From the NCBI GenBank assembly GCA_001004665.1, contig LCRO01000003.1, forward strand, positions 63,984 through 127,983: 64,000 nucleotides of DNA, in the 5' to 3' direction. Made by a program: the position numbers and the translations under genes. The notes beneath the pieces are model-generated. The model had not been told where the DNA came from. It was given only the letters and a program-made list of their open reading frames with translations, and searched no databases. Positions 50,143-59,670 of this stretch are shown piece by piece (position 1 is the first letter of the stretch; each line of letters starts with the position of its first letter). Source of the stretch: Candidatus Adlerbacteria bacterium GW2011_GWA1_54_10. Lineage in GTDB: Bacteria; Patescibacteriota; Minisyncoccia; Phycocordibacterales; SBAW01.

Positions 50143-51405
50143 CTAAACAAACGAGTCGGGGATGGGGAATCGCGCACAGAGGTCTCTTATTTCCTGCCGC
50201 ACTGCCGCGAGCTTGTTCTGGTCGGCGCGATTCCGGAGCGCCTCGAGCATAAGCTCCGCGACCCTTCCCGATTCCTTCTCCATAAATCCGCGCGTCGTGA
50301 TGGCCGGCGTGCCAAAGCGAATACCCGAAGGGTCCATGGGTTTGCGCGTGTCGTCAGCTATCGCATTTTTGTTAAGCGTAATCCCGACCGAATCCAAAAT
50401 CTCCTCCGCTTCCCTGCCGGTAATGCCGAGGCTCCCGTAAACGTCGGCAAGTATCAGGTGATTGGAAGTGCCGCCGCCGAGCATGCGCACACCCGCATTC
50501 CGGAACACCTCTTCCATTGCCTTTGCATTCTTTAGGATCTGCAGGGCGTAAATTTCAAAAGACGGATGCAGAGCTTCGCCGAAGGAAACCGCCTTGGCGG
50601 CGATGACGTGCATGAGCGGCCCGCCCTGAAATCCGGGGAAAACGGCCTTGTCTATCTTTTTTGCCAACTCTTCGCTCTCTCGCGCAAGTATCATTCCTCC
50701 ACGCGGACCGCGCAGGGTCTTGTGAGTGGTTGTTGTCATGACGTCGAATCCAGAGTCGAACGGGTTCTTTGACGCCTTGCCCGCGATTAGTCCCGCGATG
50801 TGCGCTATATCTATCACGCTGTACGCACCCACTTCTTTTGCAATGGAGACGAACTTATCATAATCAAGCTCGCGACTGTATGCGGAGAATCCCGCCAGCA
50901 CGATCTTCGGCCTGTGCTCTTTGGCGACCGCGAGCATCTCATCGTAATCTATCTCGCCCGTATCGGGGTCCTTCATCTTATATCGCACGAAGTTGAAGAA
51001 TTTCGTGATGTATGTGACCGGATGCCCGTGAGTCAAGTGCCCTCCATGCGAGAGATCCATCCCGAGCACCGTATCGCCGGGCTCAAGGAGCGCGAAGTAC
51101 AGCGCGATGTTGGCGTTCGCCCCGCTGTGCGGTTGAACATTGGCAAAACGCGCGCCAAAAAGCCTTTTGGCGCGCTCGATCGCAAGAGATTCCGCCTCGT
51201 CGGTATAGGCCTGTCCCCCGTAATAGCGTCTACCGGGATAGCCCTCGGAATATTTGTTGGTCAAAATCGAGCTCTGCGCCTCGCGCACGGCTTTGCTTAC
51301 GTAATTCTCGGATGGTATCAATTCAAGCCCTTCCGCCTGTCGCCGCTCCTCGCCCGCGAGCGCAGCGAGCACCTCCTTGTCCTGTTTCCCGATAAAATCG
51401 TACAT
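50143..51405 (-). CDS. glyA: Serine hydroxymethyltransferase
   Basis: LIPSEN, EGYPGRRYYGG and TTTHKTLRGPRGG motifs. Confidence 0.98.
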   Translation of the reverse strand: MYDFIGKQDKEVLAALAGEERRQAEGLELIPSENYVSKAVREAQSSILTNKYSEGYPGRRYYGGQAYTDEAESLAIERAKRLFGARFANVQPHSGANANIALYFALLEPGDTVLGMDLSHGGHLTHGHPVTYITKFFNFVRYKMKDPDTGEIDYDEMLAVAKEHRPKIVLAGFSAYSRELDYDKFVSIAKEVGAYSVIDIAHIAGLIAGKASKNPFDSGFDVMTTTTHKTLRGPRGGMILARESEELAKKIDKAVFPGFQGGPLMHVIAAKAVSFGEALHPSFEIYALQILKNAKAMEEVFRNAGVRMLGGGTSNHLILADVYGSLGITGREAEEILDSVGITLNKNAIADDTRKPMDPSGIRFGTPAITTRGFMEKESGRVAELMLEALRNRADQNKLAAVRQEIRDLCARFPIPDSFV

Positions 51406-51414
51406 TGTTTATTA

Positions 51415-51520
51415 TTATACTCCGGTCGTACCACACCAGACAGTCCATTGCCACCGCCCCATGGGTCTTGTACATAGGCGGTAGTAGGCCTTTGTCTATG
51501 CGCTTGATGGATACTTGCAT
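51415..51520 (-). pseudogene. dut: dUTPase remnant (N-terminus joined to C-terminus; likely artefact)
   Basis: MQVSIKRIDKGLLPPMYKTHGAVAMD is joined out of frame to GCGTTGV-stop (motif V); the middle is missing. Confidence 0.7.
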
Positions 51521-51574
51521 CCCGTAATTCTACCCTAGAGGGACAAATTGGACACCCCGCAAGGAACCCGTATT

Positions 51575-52477
51575 ATGACAGAAACGATGAAACCATATAA
51601 AGAACGAACACCCGACTATCAGTACCACGATCTCCTGAAATACATCATGGAGAAAGGTCGCGACATGATGCCTATCCATGGCATCGGCGCACGCTCTATA
51701 GTAGGACACCAGATCCGCTACAAGTTGGAGAATGGCTTTCCGCTCATCACCGAGCGCGACTTGGCCAGGACCATGCCCGGTGCATTGGGGGAGCATGTCG
51801 GTTTTCTCAACGGAGCTCGCACGCTCGATGAACTCAAAAAATACGGCATGCCCGCAATTTTTTGGGACCGTTGGGTGACTAAGGAAAAATGCGCGGACTT
51901 TGGTCTGCCCGAGGGAGATCTAGGTCCAGGCTCGTATGGTGCGGCGTGGGGGTCTTTCCCCACTGCCGAAGGCCAGCCTTTCAACCAGATCGCGCATGTG
52001 GTGCGGCAGATCAAAGAGCGTCCGTTTTTGCGTACGCACTTTGTTTCGCCGTGGATCCCGCAGTATGCGATCCAGCACGAGGGATTAATCCGCAAAGTGG
52101 TCGTGGCTCCCTGCCACGGATGGATGCATATCTTCACCTATCCGGACACCAAGGAGGTGGTCATACATCACTTCCAGCGTTCTGCCGACGTACCAATCGG
52201 TGTGGTTTCGAACATCGTGCAGTATGCAGCCTTTGGTATGATGCTCGCACAGGTTATAGGCTACACCATGAAGGAGTTGGTGCATACATTTTCCGACGCG
52301 CATATTTACCACAACCAATTCGACTCGGTTAAGGAGCTGCTATCGCGCGAGCCGAGAGCCTTCCCCACCGTGACGCTTGATCCCTCGATAACCGACATAT
52401 TCGCGTTCCGGCCGCAACACTTCACTTTAGGCGACTACGAGCCGCACCCGAAGATGGCCATACCAACGGCTATCTAA
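51575..52477 (+). CDS. thyA: Thymidylate synthase ThyA
   Basis: GFPLIT, APCH, QRSAD, N(IVQY) and DAHIY motifs. Confidence 0.93.
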   Translation: MTETMKPYKERTPDYQYHDLLKYIMEKGRDMMPIHGIGARSIVGHQIRYKLENGFPLITERDLARTMPGALGEHVGFLNGARTLDELKKYGMPAIFWDRWVTKEKCADFGLPEGDLGPGSYGAAWGSFPTAEGQPFNQIAHVVRQIKERPFLRTHFVSPWIPQYAIQHEGLIRKVVVAPCHGWMHIFTYPDTKEVVIHHFQRSADVPIGVVSNIVQYAAFGMMLAQVIGYTMKELVHTFSDAHIYHNQFDSVKELLSREPRAFPTVTLDPSITDIFAFRPQHFTLGDYEPHPKMAIPTAI

Positions 52478-52478
52478 C

Positions 52479-52943
52479 ATGGCGCATATGGTAAATCTCT
52501 CTCACGCACGCACCCCATTCCAGCGGAATGTAATGAAACGCATTCAGCGGGATGGGGTGTGTCCTTTTTGCATAAGATATTTTTTGAAATATCATACTAA
52601 GCCAATCATAAAAAATGGAAAGTACTGGGTTATTACCGAAAATTTTCAACCCTATGCCGGCTCAAGATTGCATTTACTTGCCGTTTCAAAAAAACATGTT
52701 CAACGCCTTGAGGAACTGCCTTCTGCCGCACAAAACGAACTTTTTGCTCTTTTTTTTAGTGAATCAAAAAAGAAAAAGATCAAAGGAGGTGCTTTTTTTA
52801 TGCGTTTCGGCGATACCGATTATACAGGCGGCACGGTTGAGCATTTACATGCACAACTCGTCTCTGGTTCAAAACGAGCTAAAAACAAAGAACCGATTAT
52901 TACGTATCTGGGTTACGGAACTATGCGTCGGCGACGAAAATAA
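52479..52943 (+). CDS. HIT-superfamily protein, HxHxQ (GalT/Ap4A phosphorylase-like)
   Basis: CPFC, N-x-x-PY and EHLHAQ motifs. Confidence 0.8.
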   Translation: MAHMVNLSHARTPFQRNVMKRIQRDGVCPFCIRYFLKYHTKPIIKNGKYWVITENFQPYAGSRLHLLAVSKKHVQRLEELPSAAQNELFALFFSESKKKKIKGGAFFMRFGDTDYTGGTVEHLHAQLVSGSKRAKNKEPIITYLGYGTMRRRRK

Positions 52944-53769
52944 TCTCGACGTCGGCACTTTTTAATACGCCTTCGGAATCGAGATTCGAATATCCTTCCT
53001 TGTAAAAAACTTTTCTGATACCCGCGCGCGCGATAAGAAACGCGCAATTCATGCAGGGGAAGGTGCTAGTGTAAAGTAACGCGCCTGCCGTAGAAACACC
53101 TTCGCGCGCCGCCTGTGCAACAACTCCCGCCTCGGAATGCATTGCGATATATACGTCGGGCCGCTGTCCCCAATCGTAATTACTTCGAGGAGTGCCGAAA
53201 ATATCGAGTGCGTGGTCCGACGGAAAATGTTGCGTGTGAGCCGAAAGAAATATTTTGCCGTCTTTAACCAATACTGCACCAATCTGGCGCCACCAATCAG
53301 GACTTTTTTGACTTTCAACTACTGCCTTCCGCATGAATTCGCGGTCAAGCTCTTCTGTGGAAGTTACCCTGTCGGGCGAGACATCTTTTTGTACGTCGGG
53401 TCTGCGCCCGTCCCAACGCAAAAAAATATTTTCAAAAACAATGTCTTTACCAGTCAAATACTTCTCCGCAAAGTCGCGTGACACGTCCTCGTCCGGAAGT
53501 ATGACGGTCTCAAATTGAGGGGCGATTTCTGCGTCAGAAATTTCAAGCACCGTCGCAGTGAAGCCAAGCGAGGCGAGCGCCTGCACAATTTCTATAGGCG
53601 CAAGCGCGCGAAGATCGCGGTTAAGGCGCGGAAAAGCGTCAATAAAGCTTTTACCGAGCACAAAAATAGGTACCCTGGGGTGTTTATTGAAAAAAGCAAG
53701 ATAGCCGGCATGGAGCGCCGGCACGTAGGCAACCAGCGCCTTATTTACTGCGGAATTTGTCGAGGGCAT
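52921..53769 (-). CDS. dCMP deaminase-like protein with extra N-terminal domain
   Basis: C-terminal HSE...PCMNC Zn motif; N-terminal ALHAGY. Confidence 0.85.
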   Translation of the reverse strand: MPSTNSAVNKALVAYVPALHAGYLAFFNKHPRVPIFVLGKSFIDAFPRLNRDLRALAPIEIVQALASLGFTATVLEISDAEIAPQFETVILPDEDVSRDFAEKYLTGKDIVFENIFLRWDGRRPDVQKDVSPDRVTSTEELDREFMRKAVVESQKSPDWWRQIGAVLVKDGKIFLSAHTQHFPSDHALDIFGTPRSNYDWGQRPDVYIAMHSEAGVVAQAAREGVSTAGALLYTSTFPCMNCAFLIARAGIRKVFYKEGYSNLDSEGVLKSADVEIIFVADA

Positions 53770-54355
53770 TTTTTACGAGCTGCGGCACACCCTGTATGAT
53801 CTCCTTAGCCAACTGGTCTGCGCCGCTTATAGTCAAAAGGCGCACTCGTGCCGTGGTCGAGGTGACGGCTTGCGGCGGAAGCAATACTATTTTTTCACAA
53901 TACGGGCGGTACGGGGCCGCCTCTTTTTTGCCAAAATCTTTAGTCGATTCGGAAATTATAAGTACATGTGGACGCACGGTTTGTATGAGCGTCCCCATCC
54001 CGTGTTTTACTTCTCGCAAGGCGAGGATGCTTACCGAGCGCAAGTGCGCTAGCATCTGCAGACGCTCCGACTGCGGAACCACCGGGCGATTAGGGCCCTT
54101 GCGCATTCGAGTAAGCTCATCAGAGTCGACGCCAACTATCAAAATATCGCCATAGGATAGCGCACTCTCAAGATACCGCGCGTGGCCTTCGTGGAGCATG
54201 TCCCAAACGCCCTGAGTGAGCACGATGCGATAGCCTATGCGCTTAAGGTCACCGACCACACGTTTGAGCTCTTTGAGGTCGGGGATAAAACGATCCTGGA
54301 GATTGGAACCCTGGGCAAGAATGTTTTTGACGGCCACCTTTCTCCCCTTTTTCAT
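53741..54355 (-). CDS. Cytidylyltransferase-like nucleotidyltransferase (RfaE/TagD-like)
   Basis: GVWDMLHEGH, GVDSD, KGPNRP and STT motifs. Confidence 0.88.
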   Translation of the reverse strand: MKKGRKVAVKNILAQGSNLQDRFIPDLKELKRVVGDLKRIGYRIVLTQGVWDMLHEGHARYLESALSYGDILIVGVDSDELTRMRKGPNRPVVPQSERLQMLAHLRSVSILALREVKHGMGTLIQTVRPHVLIISESTKDFGKKEAAPYRPYCEKIVLLPPQAVTSTTARVRLLTISGADQLAKEIIQGVPQLVKNALDKFRSK

Positions 54356-54384
54356 GCTGGTATGAAATCATGCATACTAACCAT

Positions 54385-54897
54385 ATGCAACCCCGTATAA
54401 GCGTCGTGGCCGCTCTCGGCAAGGACCGCGCCATCGGCAAGCAAAATCAACTGTTGTGGAATATCCCCGACGACCTCAAGCGCTTCAAGCATCTTACCTC
54501 GGGGCACCCCGTCATCATGGGTCGGCGAACGTACGAGTCAATTTTCGCGCTCCTCGGCAAGCCGCTTCCCGGCCGCACCAGTATCGTGCTGTGTTACCCG
54601 GACGAAGCCGGCGATATGAAATTCCGGTTCGAAAACGTGTTCCTGGTGCATTCTATAGAAAAAGCTCTCGCAAAAGCACGTTCTCTCGACGGCGAAGAAG
54701 TGTTTGTTGGCGGCGGAGCAATGCTATACGAGCAGATGCTCCCATATGCCGACCGCCTGTATTTGACGCTTATAGAAGACGAAAAGGATGGAGATGTATT
54801 TTTTCCGCCGTATGAAGACATATTCACAAAAACGGTGGCCGATGAACCGCACGAATTCAACGGCCTAAAATACCGTTTTGTTACGTTGGAGAAATAG
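54385..54897 (+). CDS. folA: Dihydrofolate reductase
   Basis: IGKQNQLLW, DLKRFK, MGRRTYES, PLPGR, GGA and GDVFFP motifs. Confidence 0.96.
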   Translation: MQPRISVVAALGKDRAIGKQNQLLWNIPDDLKRFKHLTSGHPVIMGRRTYESIFALLGKPLPGRTSIVLCYPDEAGDMKFRFENVFLVHSIEKALAKARSLDGEEVFVGGGAMLYEQMLPYADRLYLTLIEDEKDGDVFFPPYEDIFTKTVADEPHEFNGLKYRFVTLEK

Positions 54898-55320
54898 TTA
54901 CTTAATATCCACGCCCATTGAGCGGGCGGAGCCCGCGACTATTTTTACAGCCTCTTCCATATTGTCGGTATTCAAATCTGGTATTTTCTTTTCTGCGATT
55001 TCCTTCACTTGCGCCTTGGTAAGCACGCCTATTTTAGAGAGGTTCGGCTTGCCGCTGCCCTTTTCCTTGCCGAGCGCCTTCAAAATAAGCGAGGACACGG
55101 GTGGAGTCTTAAGCATAAAATCATACGAGCGGTCCTCGTAAACCGATATGACCGCCGGAACGAGGTCCCCGCGCATGTCCTTGGACGCGTCATTGAATTT
55201 CTTCAGGAACTCGCCGATGTTGATGCCAGCCGGGCCAAGCACCTGCCCCATTGCGGGAGTCATCGTAGCCGCGCCGCCCTGCGCGATAATTTTTATCTTT
55301 TTGACTACTTTTTTTACCAT
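54898..55320 (-). CDS. rplK: 50S ribosomal protein L11
   Basis: LGPAGINI, KTPP and AGSARSMG motifs. Confidence 0.97.
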   Translation of the reverse strand: MVKKVVKKIKIIAQGGAATMTPAMGQVLGPAGINIGEFLKKFNDASKDMRGDLVPAVISVYEDRSYDFMLKTPPVSSLILKALGKEKGSGKPNLSKIGVLTKAQVKEIAEKKIPDLNTDNMEEAVKIVAGSARSMGVDIK

Positions 55321-55335
55321 GTAATGTTATGGAGC

Positions 55336-55404
55336 AGAAACTTCTTGAGAAAATGTCTGGTTGAGTCCGAAGGACGACCCGAGGACTTTTCGAAGTAAGT
55401 TTCC
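55336..55404. repeat. ~70-bp palindromic element, second copy in frame in ileS (44832-44906)
   Basis: AGAAACTTC-TGA-GAAAATG-TCTGGTTGAG...GACCCGAGGAC-TTTTCG shared by both copies. Confidence 0.85.
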
Positions 55405-55417
55405 GCGGAATGTTACC

Positions 55418-55969
55418 TTAAATTCTCTTGACCTGCAAGAAGTCCAGCTCTACGGGAGTCTCGCGACCGAACATGGGAACCAGGACTTTGACCTTTCCGC
55501 GGGCCTCGTCTACCTCGCCGACTTTGCCGTCGAGCTCCTTGAACGGGCCGTCGACAATAACGACCGCATCTCCCGGCGAAAGGTCTATGGCATGCTTGAC
55601 GGTGCCCTCGACGGCCTGCATGCGCCCGAGCAGGGTATCCACTTCCTCTTTTTTAAGAGGCACGGGATTAACTCCCGACCCCACGAATCCGGTCACTCGC
55701 GGCGTGTTGCGCACAACGTACCACGACTGATCGTCCACTATCATGTCCACGAGCACATAGCCGGGATATACCTTTTCCTCCTCCTCGACTCGCCTGCCGC
55801 CTTTTATCTTTATGGTCTTTTCCGTCGGGACTACGACCTGAAAGATCTTATCGGAGAGGCCCAGCGACTCGATGCGCTGGCGCAAATTGCGCGCCACGGC
55901 GTTCTCGTATCCGGCATAGGTGTGTATCGCATACCATGCCCTGCCCACTGATGTGTCTTGTTTTGCCAT
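55418..55969 (-). CDS. nusG: Transcription factor NusG
   Basis: WYAIHTYAGYE, YPGYVLV and FGRETPVEL motifs. Confidence 0.98.
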   Translation of the reverse strand: MAKQDTSVGRAWYAIHTYAGYENAVARNLRQRIESLGLSDKIFQVVVPTEKTIKIKGGRRVEEEEKVYPGYVLVDMIVDDQSWYVVRNTPRVTGFVGSGVNPVPLKKEEVDTLLGRMQAVEGTVKHAIDLSPGDAVVIVDGPFKELDGKVGEVDEARGKVKVLVPMFGRETPVELDFLQVKRI

Positions 55970-55970
55970 G

Positions 55971-56141
55971 TTAGATAATTCTCTGCACTATCGCAGTAAA
56001 CAAGTAATCAAGAAGCCCTAAATAGAATGCGGTGATGAGCGATATGCCTATGACGACTACCGTGTAGGCTACCACCTGCCGGCGCGTAGGCCACGACACG
56101 TGCTTCATCTCAACTCGTACCTCTTTTAGATAATTAAACAT
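55971..56141 (-). CDS. secE: Protein translocase subunit SecE (not in ORF track)
   Basis: MFNYLKEVRVEMKHVSWPTRRQ...LGLLDYLF, directly upstream of nusG. Confidence 0.93.
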   Translation of the reverse strand: MFNYLKEVRVEMKHVSWPTRRQVVAYTVVVIGISLITAFYLGLLDYLFTAIVQRII

Positions 56142-56211
56142 ATTTCTTAAGAAAAAAGGCCTGCGCGGCCTTAATTCCTGGTATATTACAGCACCGGGTT
56201 TTTTTGGTCAA

Positions 56212-57012
56212 CTACTTTATCTCGTACGTGATAGAGACGTTGCTTGTTATCTTGTTCTCCCCTACGGAGATATCGGGCGCGGGCGTCACGGACGATTCCG
56301 CGCCGCCGCGGCCGTAAGCATCTTGCAATTTATATACAGGCTGACTGCCGCTCTCGCTGAAGGAGACCACTCGCACCAGCCGAACTCCGAGCTGTTTTGA
56401 CAGGACCTCGGCCTGCGCTTTGGCGTCGGCTATCGCTTTTTCCCGCGCCTGCGTTTGCCCCGCGTGCGGGTCGTCAAATGTAAACTGCAGACCCGACACT
56501 TCCGTGGCGCCCCGCGAGCCTGCGCCAGTCAAAAGGTCGCCAGCTTTCGCGGTGTCGCGAATTTTTACCGTAGTGCTTTGGCGCACTTCGTAGCCCTTGA
56601 GAACTTGCCTGCCGCCGGGGCACGGGTACGAGAGGCATTGAACTTGGCTGTACTCGTATTGCGGATACACCGAGTAATTGCTCGTTTGGATGTCCTTCTC
56701 TGCGATGCCCGAGTCCCTCAAATATTTAACTATCGCGTTTGATTTTTCTGCCGCGTCCTCCTGTGCCGCGGCAACGGTAAGTTTTAGGGCGACGACCGAA
56801 TAGGTAAATGTGGCGATGTCGGGCGTGGCAAATGTTTCTCCGTACCCTGTAACGTCTATGGTGTTCGCCGGCGGAAGCCCCGCGCCTATGTAGCGCAGTC
56901 CCTGGAGCTCCGCCAAGGCCTTAAGACCGACGAACACCGCCAATAAAACGACGGTAACCACAACGCCCCTGCGAAACCAATCGCCCCACACGCCCTCGAA
57001 AAGTTTGTCCAT
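56212..57012 (-). CDS. SIMPL (DUF541) domain protein
   Basis: IDVTGYG...PDIA, IQTSNYSVYPQY and AIADAKAQA. Confidence 0.9.
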   Translation of the reverse strand: MDKLFEGVWGDWFRRGVVVTVVLLAVFVGLKALAELQGLRYIGAGLPPANTIDVTGYGETFATPDIATFTYSVVALKLTVAAAQEDAAEKSNAIVKYLRDSGIAEKDIQTSNYSVYPQYEYSQVQCLSYPCPGGRQVLKGYEVRQSTTVKIRDTAKAGDLLTGAGSRGATEVSGLQFTFDDPHAGQTQAREKAIADAKAQAEVLSKQLGVRLVRVVSFSESGSQPVYKLQDAYGRGGAESSVTPAPDISVGENKITSNVSITYEIK

Positions 57013-57041
57013 ATAAAAAAATTATTAACTTCTTAACTTGG

Positions 57042-57716
57042 CTAATGACGGGCCTTGAGCGAACTTATTACCAACTCGAACTGCGCTTGCGGCATGGCGC
57101 CTGAAACCGGCACTTGCTCCCCATAGCCGTAAACGACGGTAAAGGGCGTGCCCGAGGCTCCATTTGCGTAGGCCTCTTGCGTGTCGGCGTCCACTCTGGA
57201 AGCGTATTTTTCTGACGCCGTACAGGTGTCGTATTGTGCAATGTCAGCGCCAAGCGCGTGTGCATATTCTTTGTACTTAGCTGTGCTCATCACGCTTTGG
57301 TCCGCAAAGACGCGCTCGGAAAATTCAAAAAATCCGTCATTCCCCAACTGCTCGGCTATACACTCGCCCGCGAGCGCCGCCCCGCGCGCCTCCGCATGAA
57401 TGCTCTGAAGTGGGAGGTGGCGATAGATCCATGCGACACTCCCGCCTGACTTGTCTACAAGCGTCTTAAGCGTCGGGTGCACGCGCGCGCAGTATGGGCA
57501 TTCAAAATCGGAATATTCTATAAGAGTTACGGCGGCGCTTGGAGAGCCGTAGAGGTGGTCGTCGGCGCGCGGCGCTCGCACGTTTGCGGTTGCTGACTGT
57601 CGGTCATTGGCTGCTTCCTGCGGCGGATTGTATTTTGTATAAAGGACCGCGCCTGCAATGATTATACCGGCAGTAACGATGGCCACGGAGGGACTGATGT
57701 TGAGTTTTTCGGACAT
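57042..57716 (-). CDS. DsbA/thioredoxin-fold oxidoreductase
   Basis: EYSDFECPYC and GTP motifs. Confidence 0.9.
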   Translation of the reverse strand: MSEKLNISPSVAIVTAGIIIAGAVLYTKYNPPQEAANDRQSATANVRAPRADDHLYGSPSAAVTLIEYSDFECPYCARVHPTLKTLVDKSGGSVAWIYRHLPLQSIHAEARGAALAGECIAEQLGNDGFFEFSERVFADQSVMSTAKYKEYAHALGADIAQYDTCTASEKYASRVDADTQEAYANGASGTPFTVVYGYGEQVPVSGAMPQAQFELVISSLKARH

Positions 57717-57742
57717 ATATCAATCATTATAACGCCCTATCT

Positions 57743-58171
57743 TTACTGCTTCTTCTGCAGGCGCTCAACATCCTGCATTAATTTTTTAAGGCCGTCGTGT
57801 ATCTGCTCGAGAGTTTGTTTTTGCTGCTGTTTGCGTATCTCATCCTCTTTCTCCTCCTCGCTCATCTCCTCTACGTCCTCTTGGAGCTCGTCAATATCTT
57901 CCTGTATCTCGTCTATGTCCTGCTCGACTTCCTCTATCGCGTGGCCTTGGGCGTTCACGGTCATTTGGATAAATATGGCGAGATAAATCGCCTCGAGCGA
58001 CACCGCAGTCGTCAATACGAGCAGCATTCTGTCGAAGGGGAGTAGGCGCGCATACACCGCGCCGAAGCTCGCGATGAACACTATCGTGTGGACGATTATG
58101 GACGCGGGCGAGCCCACCGCGCGCGTCACCGCGAGCGCCGAGCGCTCCAACCGCTGTTTGGTTTCCTTCAT
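57743..58171 (-). CDS. DUF1003-like membrane protein with acidic coiled coil
   Basis: VGSPASIIVHT and LTTAVSLEAIYLAIFIQM. Confidence 0.75.
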   Translation of the reverse strand: MKETKQRLERSALAVTRAVGSPASIIVHTIVFIASFGAVYARLLPFDRMLLVLTTAVSLEAIYLAIFIQMTVNAQGHAIEEVEQDIDEIQEDIDELQEDVEEMSEEEKEDEIRKQQQKQTLEQIHDGLKKLMQDVERLQKKQ

Positions 58172-58245
58172 GGGCGATCGCCGGGAATCGAACCCGGATT
58201 GAGAGCTCCACAAGCTCCAGTGTTGACCGTTACACCACGATCGCC
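58172..58245 (-). tRNA. tRNA-His(GTG)
   Basis: Cloverleaf; anticodon arm GGAGC-TT-GTG-GA-GCTCT; G-1 present. Confidence 0.93.
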
Positions 58246-58267
58246 ATACAAATATTCTACTACCAAG

Positions 58268-58351
58268 TGCCCAGGGGGAGATTCGAACTCCCATGCCCTT
58301 GCGGGCGCTACCACCTCAAGGTAGTACGTCTACCAATTTCGCCACCTGGGC
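58268..58351 (-). tRNA. tRNA-Leu(GAG)
   Basis: CTACC-TT-GAG-GT-GGTAG and a long variable arm. Confidence 0.93.
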
Positions 58352-58363
58352 ATTGAAACGAAA

Positions 58364-58834
58364 TTATTCTACCGCAATCTCTACTTTTTGTGGAGCCTCG
58401 GGCTCCGAAGATTTTTCTTCCGCAGTTTCCGCACTGCCGATCTGCATCTGCCGGCGCATGGCGTGCTTAATCTCGCTCGCGGCTTTGCGGCGGATAAAGT
58501 AAAGTTTGGCGCGCCGCACCCGCGCGCGGCGCAATATTTCTATGGAATCTACTATCGGCGAATAGAGAGGAAATATTTTCTCAACCCCCACCCCGCTCGC
58601 GACCCGCCGCACGGTAAAAGTCGCTCCGGCTTCCGTGCCGTGTTTGACCGCAAGCACCATACCTTCGAAAGCCTGTCTGCGCACGTTGCGGGTAGTGACC
58701 TCTTTTTTGTTGGCCGCCTTGCCTATCTTCAGCTCCTCTATCTTTTGCCATACGCGCACGGTGTTTCCTGCGCGAATGCCGAGCTTCCTGCGCGCATCCA
58801 TATCAACAGGCGAAATTTTGACTGCGGATTTCAT
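58364..58834 (-). CDS. rplS: 50S ribosomal protein L19
   Basis: QAFEG, FTVRR..SGVGVEKIFPLYSP and RVRRAKLYFIR. Confidence 0.96.
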   Translation of the reverse strand: MKSAVKISPVDMDARRKLGIRAGNTVRVWQKIEELKIGKAANKKEVTTRNVRRQAFEGMVLAVKHGTEAGATFTVRRVASGVGVEKIFPLYSPIVDSIEILRRARVRRAKLYFIRRKAASEIKHAMRRQMQIGSAETAEEKSSEPEAPQKVEIAVE

Positions 58835-58901
58835 GCCGGCGCAGTTTAACACAATCGATAAAGCGAAGCAAAAGTTCTTTGTGGAGGAGTTGGGGTCGTG
58901 T

Positions 58902-59570
58902 TTATCTCTCCGGAGCAAAGAACTTTTGCGAAGCGCTTAAAAAATCCTGCGGGAGCTGGGCTTCGAAATACATCCCCTTGCCGTTTGGGTGTTTGAGGCG
59001 CAGCGAGAGCGCGTGGAGGGCGAGCCGATTAAACCCGAGGAGCATCGGTCGGCCCGGCGCGTAAAGTTTGTCGCACAAAATAGGGTGCTGAATCGCGGCA
59101 AAATGCACGCGTATTTGGTGCGTCCGGCCGGTCTTTGGGAAAATCTCCACATACGCCGCGCCCTCCGTGTTTTTAATAAGCCTATACATAGTAACCGCAT
59201 CGCGGACAGTGCCGTACGGCGTACGCGCGCTACGCGGCCCGAGGCCGCCGCGCGCAGACCCTATGGGCTTGTCTATTATGCCGCGCTCGTCTTTAAGATT
59301 GCCGTATACAAAGGCGCGATAAACTTTCTGCACTTCCCTGTTCTTGAATTGTTTTTTTAAAAACTCGAATGCATTTTGCGTGCGCGCGACCGCCAAGACG
59401 CCGCTCGTCTCCCTGTCGATGCGGTGCACGATATGGAATTCCGGATATTTTTTGCGCAACCAATCAGTCAGGGTTTCGCGCTCGGCGTGCCTGTCCTCGA
59501 TCACCTGCAACCCAGAGGGCTTGTCGACGACGATTAATTCGCTATCCTCGTATAAGATTTTCGGTTCCAT
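58902..59570 (-). CDS. RluA family pseudouridine synthase
   Basis: DKPSG, HRIDRETSG and TGRTHQIRVH motifs. Confidence 0.93.
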   Translation of the reverse strand: MEPKILYEDSELIVVDKPSGLQVIEDRHAERETLTDWLRKKYPEFHIVHRIDRETSGVLAVARTQNAFEFLKKQFKNREVQKVYRAFVYGNLKDERGIIDKPIGSARGGLGPRSARTPYGTVRDAVTMYRLIKNTEGAAYVEIFPKTGRTHQIRVHFAAIQHPILCDKLYAPGRPMLLGFNRLALHALSLRLKHPNGKGMYFEAQLPQDFLSASQKFFAPER

Positions 59571-59594
59571 GTTTACATTGAGCTCTTCGAAGTG

Positions 59595-59667
59595 TGCACC
59601 CTCCAGGATTCGGACCTGGGACCTTCGCAGTGTAAATGCGCTGCTCTACCAACTGAGCTAAGGGTGC
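59595..59667 (-). tRNA. tRNA-Val(TAC)
   Basis: CGCA-TT-TAC-AC-TGCG anticodon arm; T-loop variant TCCGAAT. Confidence 0.9.
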
Positions 59668-59670
59668 ATG

